The notes beneath the pieces were generated by a model that did no database searches, had not been told where the DNA came from, and saw nothing but the letters and a program-made list of their open reading frames with translations. Below are positions 36,567 through 39,975 of a DNA stretch of 39,975 nucleotides, in pieces. How positions within the stretch are numbered: position 1 is the stretch's first letter; each line of letters starts with the position of its first letter. Source of the stretch: Ferroacidibacillus organovorans (GTDB lineage: Bacteria > Bacillota > Bacilli > Alicyclobacillales > SLC66); contig NZ_LSUQ01000006.1 of the NCBI RefSeq assembly GCF_001642725.1, positions 62,001-101,975 of the forward strand, given 5' to 3'. The position numbers and the translations under genes were made by a program.

Positions 36567-38105
36567 GTGAAAACTGTCGTTGCGGATTTTGTGATTATTG
36601 GCAGTGGCCTTGCCGGAAGTGTCGCAGCGTATGCGCTGAGTAAGTTTGGGGACGTGTTGTTGCTCTCAAAAGAGCCTTCCACAAAGAGCAACTCGTTTGC
36701 CGCGCAAGGGGGTATCGCCGCGGCGGTTGGACTTGATGATGCTCCGGAGCTTCATCAACTCGATACGCTGTTGGCCGGTGGGGATCTCTGCGATCCAAAG
36801 GTTGTCTCGCAGGTGACAGCGCGCGCACCGGAGATCGTGCGCTGGCTCGCAGAACTCGGCGTGCCGTTCGATTGCACTCCGTCGGGTGTGTGGAAGTTAG
36901 GACTAGAAGGCGCGCATTCGCGCAAAAGAATTCTTCACGCGGGGGGCGACGCGACAGGACGGCGCATCATGGAGACCATGCGTAAAGCGGTTGAGGCCAT
37001 TCCGAACGTTGTTCGGATACCGCGTGTCCGCATTCTCTCGCTCCTGGAGAATTCGAACGCTGAAGTGATGGGCGCGCGCGGATGGGTTTTGAATGACGGG
37101 AAGGAGCCTCACCGCTTTTTTGCGCGTCGGGCTACGATCCTTGCAACCGGAGGCGCTGGTCAGTTGTTTTTGCGCACCACCAATCCCACCGGCACGACAG
37201 GAGACGGGATCGCGCTTGGATATCGCGCGGGCGCGCGGCTGCGCAATCTGGAATTTGTCCAGTTTCATCCGACGGCGCTTGACGTAGACGGCGCGCGCGG
37301 TTTTCTCATTTCTGAGGCGGTGCGCGGAGCGGGGGGCGTAATCGTCGATGAGAATCAGCGCAGGATCATGGCGGATTATCCGCGGCTTGATCTTGAACCG
37401 CGCGATGTGGTGTCACGCGTCATCTACACGGAGATGGAAAAGGGGAAAACGATTTACTTAGACGGCCGCTCGATTCAGGACTTTTCATTGAAATTCCCGA
37501 CAATCGATCAGGTTTGCCGCACGCTTGGCTTTGATCCTGCTGTGGATTTGTTGCCCGTCTCACCTGCGGCGCATTTTATGATGGGCGGAATTCACACAGA
37601 CCTTTCTGGACAGACGTCCGTTCCCGGTCTCTATGCAACGGGGGAAGTGGCGTGTACGGGTTTGCATGGCGCGAATCGACTTGCGAGCAATTCTCTTTTA
37701 GAATGTGCAGTGATGGGACATGCGCTCGCAGAGTCGCTGCATCGCGCAGGGGATGAGCGCAGTTTGTTTCATGATGAAGCGTGCGCGGCGGTGCGCGATG
37801 GAGAAGAGGCGGATCTTGCGGAAGATGTGCTGATCGATGTGCAAGAGATCCTCTGGAAAACGGCGGGTATGGTGCGTGAACAAAAAACGATGGAGCAGGG
37901 ACTTCACGCACTGCGCGCATTGGCAGAAGAGCACGGCATGTCTTTCGCAGTAGAGACAGCCACGCTGATCTTGCAGTCGGCGCTCTCCCGAAAAGAGAGC
38001 CGGGGCGCGCATTATCGCAGCGATTATCCGCGCGTCGATGGAATGTTAAACGGAGTGGACACAGAGATTTCGCAAAACAGGATCGACCGTGTAAGGAGCT
38101 TTTGA
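36567..38105 (+). CDS. nadB: L-aspartate oxidase
   Basis: IIGSGLAG, AQGGIAAA, EGAHS..RILH, QFHPT, SEAVRG, HGANRLASNSLLE, ESRGAH. Confidence 0.96.
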   Translation: MKTVVADFVIIGSGLAGSVAAYALSKFGDVLLLSKEPSTKSNSFAAQGGIAAAVGLDDAPELHQLDTLLAGGDLCDPKVVSQVTARAPEIVRWLAELGVPFDCTPSGVWKLGLEGAHSRKRILHAGGDATGRRIMETMRKAVEAIPNVVRIPRVRILSLLENSNAEVMGARGWVLNDGKEPHRFFARRATILATGGAGQLFLRTTNPTGTTGDGIALGYRAGARLRNLEFVQFHPTALDVDGARGFLISEAVRGAGGVIVDENQRRIMADYPRLDLEPRDVVSRVIYTEMEKGKTIYLDGRSIQDFSLKFPTIDQVCRTLGFDPAVDLLPVSPAAHFMMGGIHTDLSGQTSVPGLYATGEVACTGLHGANRLASNSLLECAVMGHALAESLHRAGDERSLFHDEACAAVRDGEEADLAEDVLIDVQEILWKTAGMVREQKTMEQGLHALRALAEEHGMSFAVETATLILQSALSRKESRGAHYRSDYPRVDGMLNGVDTEISQNRIDRVRSF

Positions 38106-38106
38106 A

Positions 38107-39858
38107 ATGTTCGGGGTAGAACGGAATCCGTATTTTATGTTTCATTTCAGCGATCCACGCGGTCAGATCCGGCCGCGCGTTTTTACGGATCCGAAAACGG
38201 TGTTGATCGCTCACTCGCTCGCAGAGGTGCGACAGGCGCTTGAGCAGGTTGACTCTTGGGTCAAAAAGGGATATTACGCGGCTGGGTATTTGTCGTATGA
38301 GGCGGCGCCAGCGTTTGACCCGGCGTATGACGTGACGGAAGACTCGAAAATTCCGCTCCTCTTTTTTGCCATTTTTGAGCGTGAAACGAACGCTTTGTGT
38401 CATGCTGATTCCGCGCGATATGAATGCTCGCCTTGGCGAGCCGACACTTTGCCTGAAGTCTATGACGCGCATCTGGCAAGGATTAAACACGCGATCGCGC
38501 AGGGAGATACCTACCAAGTTAACTACACCATGAGGTTGCGGGCGCAATTTGCCGGAGACGATCTCGCCTATTATCACGCTTTGCGCGAGGCGCAGCAGGC
38601 GAATTACTGTGCCTATCTGAATATCGGACGGTTTCGCATCCTCTCGGCGTCTCCCGAACTGTTTTTCAGATTGGAGGGAAAGCGCGTCATCACACGCCCG
38701 ATGAAAGGGACGGTCCGACGCGGACGATGGCTGCAAGAAGATGAACAATTGGCCGCGTGGCTCCATGCGTCTGAGAAAAACCGCGTCGAGAATGTGATGA
38801 TTGTCGATTTGCTGCGAAACGATCTGTCAAAGATTCCGGGGGCTTGCGAAGTTTCTGTCCCATCGCTCTTTGCGCTGGAACGTTATCCGACGGTTCATCA
38901 GATGACTTCAACCGTTTCTACGAAAATTGGCGAACATGCGACGTTTGTCGATGTGCTCGCCGCGCTGTTTCCGTGTGGTTCGATCACAGGCGCGCCAAAG
39001 ATCAGCACGATGCGCTTGATCGCAGAGCTCGAAAGTCAGCCGCGCGAGATTTATTGCGGCGCGATTGGCTTGATTGAGCCGGGGGGAGATGCGACGTTTA
39101 ATGTGGCCATCCGAACACTTTTGCTCGATCGTGAAACAGGTGAAGCGCTGTATGGTGTCGGGGGCGGTATCACGTGGAATTCAGAGCCGCGGGATGAGTA
39201 TGCAGAGGCGTTAACCAAGGCAGCGCTTCTCGATGTGCATTCGGGCGCGTTTGAGTTGCTGGAAACGATGCGCCTGGAGTGCGGTGCGTATATGCTGCTT
39301 GAGCGGCATCTTAAAAGGTTGTCTGAGTCTGCGAAGTATTTTGGGATGGCCGTTGACCTTCTGGAGGTGCGCCGACGTTTAGCCGAGCACGCATTGCTTC
39401 ACGGTGATGAGCGGCGCAGGGTTCGCCTCTTGGTTTCAAAGGATGGGGATCAACGCATCGAGAGCACCCCTTTCCAAGCGTTTCAAAATGGGCCGTTGCA
39501 AGTGGCGGTGGCGAAGGTGCCGATCTTGTCTTCTCTGCGGTTTCTCTACCACAAGACGACGCAGCGCACGGTTTATGAAACGCAGCAAAAGGATAACCCT
39601 GGCTGCTTTGATGTGCTCTTGTGGAATGAACGCGGGGAGCTTACGGAGTTTACCAATGGGAATCTCGTTTTGGAAATGGATGGGCGTCTCGTCACGCCAG
39701 CGCGTGACAGTGGACTGCTTGCGGGCACGTTTCGCGGGCTTCTTCTTGACGCAGGGATTCTTGAAGAAAAGGTCTTGACGATTGCAGACGTTCGCCGTGC
39801 GTCGCAGGTGTGGTTGATCAATTCCGTACGCGGGTGGGTGTTGGTCCACGTTGAATAG
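38107..39858 (+). CDS. pabB: Aminodeoxychorismate synthase component I fused to a class IV aminotransferase (ADC lyase-like) domain
   Basis: YQVN, SPELF, PMKGT, ENVMIVDLLRNDL, FPCGSITGAPK, NVAIRT; C-terminal LLETM, HKTT, GLLAGT, NSVRGW. Confidence 0.92.
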   Translation: MFGVERNPYFMFHFSDPRGQIRPRVFTDPKTVLIAHSLAEVRQALEQVDSWVKKGYYAAGYLSYEAAPAFDPAYDVTEDSKIPLLFFAIFERETNALCHADSARYECSPWRADTLPEVYDAHLARIKHAIAQGDTYQVNYTMRLRAQFAGDDLAYYHALREAQQANYCAYLNIGRFRILSASPELFFRLEGKRVITRPMKGTVRRGRWLQEDEQLAAWLHASEKNRVENVMIVDLLRNDLSKIPGACEVSVPSLFALERYPTVHQMTSTVSTKIGEHATFVDVLAALFPCGSITGAPKISTMRLIAELESQPREIYCGAIGLIEPGGDATFNVAIRTLLLDRETGEALYGVGGGITWNSEPRDEYAEALTKAALLDVHSGAFELLETMRLECGAYMLLERHLKRLSESAKYFGMAVDLLEVRRRLAEHALLHGDERRRVRLLVSKDGDQRIESTPFQAFQNGPLQVAVAKVPILSSLRFLYHKTTQRTVYETQQKDNPGCFDVLLWNERGELTEFTNGNLVLEMDGRLVTPARDSGLLAGTFRGLLLDAGILEEKVLTIADVRRASQVWLINSVRGWVLVHVE

Positions 39859-39868
39859 CATCGCGATC

Positions 39869-39898
39869 ATCGTGTATGCGCATACGCGTGTTTTTTTA
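39869..39898 (+). terminator. Intrinsic terminator after pabB
   Basis: CGTGTATG / CATACGCG stem followed by T8. Confidence 0.6.
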
Positions 39899-39901
39899 TG
39901 T

Positions 39902-39930
39902 TTGACACATGGGGTAGGGGGGTATAGTAT
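39902..39930 (+). promoter_or_regulatory. Sigma-A promoter with G-tract (CsoR/RcnR-type operator half-site)
   Basis: TTGACA (39902-39907), 17 bp, TAGTAT (39925-39930); spacer contains GGGGTAGGGGGGTA. Confidence 0.6.
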
Positions 39931-39949
39931 GTACTGAGGTGGTGATGAA

Positions 39950-39975
39950 ATGCACGGGTACCAAAAGGATGCAGA
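39950..39975 (+). CDS. Start of a probable CsoR-family metal-sensing regulator (3'-truncated by window edge)
   Basis: MHGYQKDA after SD GAGGTG; G-tract operator; only 8 codons visible. Confidence 0.4.

Noticed and set aside
31126..38766. Long antisense ORFs such as 31126-32175 and 37576-38766 (also 27667-28509)
   Set aside because: Shadow frames of well-supported genes on the opposite strand, with no recognisable motifs.
38107..39858. PabB-lyase fusion without adjacent pabA as a novelty
   Set aside because: This fusion is known in Firmicutes, and the glutaminase subunit can be encoded elsewhere.

Overview
Chromosomal window from a spore-forming Bacillales bacterium; gene order and sequence style suggest an Alicyclobacillaceae-type organism (inference). 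1-20.1 kb is the conserved block rpoA(3' part)-rplQ-truA-rplM-rpsI-mrp-[TetR-EmrA-EmrA-EmrB]-gerD-pdaB-spoIIM-like-rocF-mnmH-SGNH-ECF sigma/anti-sigma-cdaA-cdaR-glmM-glmS ribozyme-glmS. Downstream of glmS lies an accessory stretch (about 20.2-25.5 kb), then an ECF sigma/anti-sigma/secreted-protein unit, DinB, and a LysR-associated molybdoenzyme operon (4Fe-4S/NrfD fusion plus a catalytic subunit with no Tat leader). The window ends with divergent nadA / nadC-nadB-pabB and the start of a probable CsoR-family gene. Two signals stand out. (1) A 503-bp gene-less Tn7-like mini-element (21957-22459) with a 5-bp target duplication and asymmetric arrays of TnsB-type sites splits a membrane-protein gene 1.8 kb downstream of glmS, not at the canonical attTn7 position. 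(2) The glmS ribozyme has a compensatory A-U to C-G swap plus an A to G change at normally conserved core positions beside the GlcN6P pocket. All calls are by eye from sequence and recalled family motifs; no searches were run.
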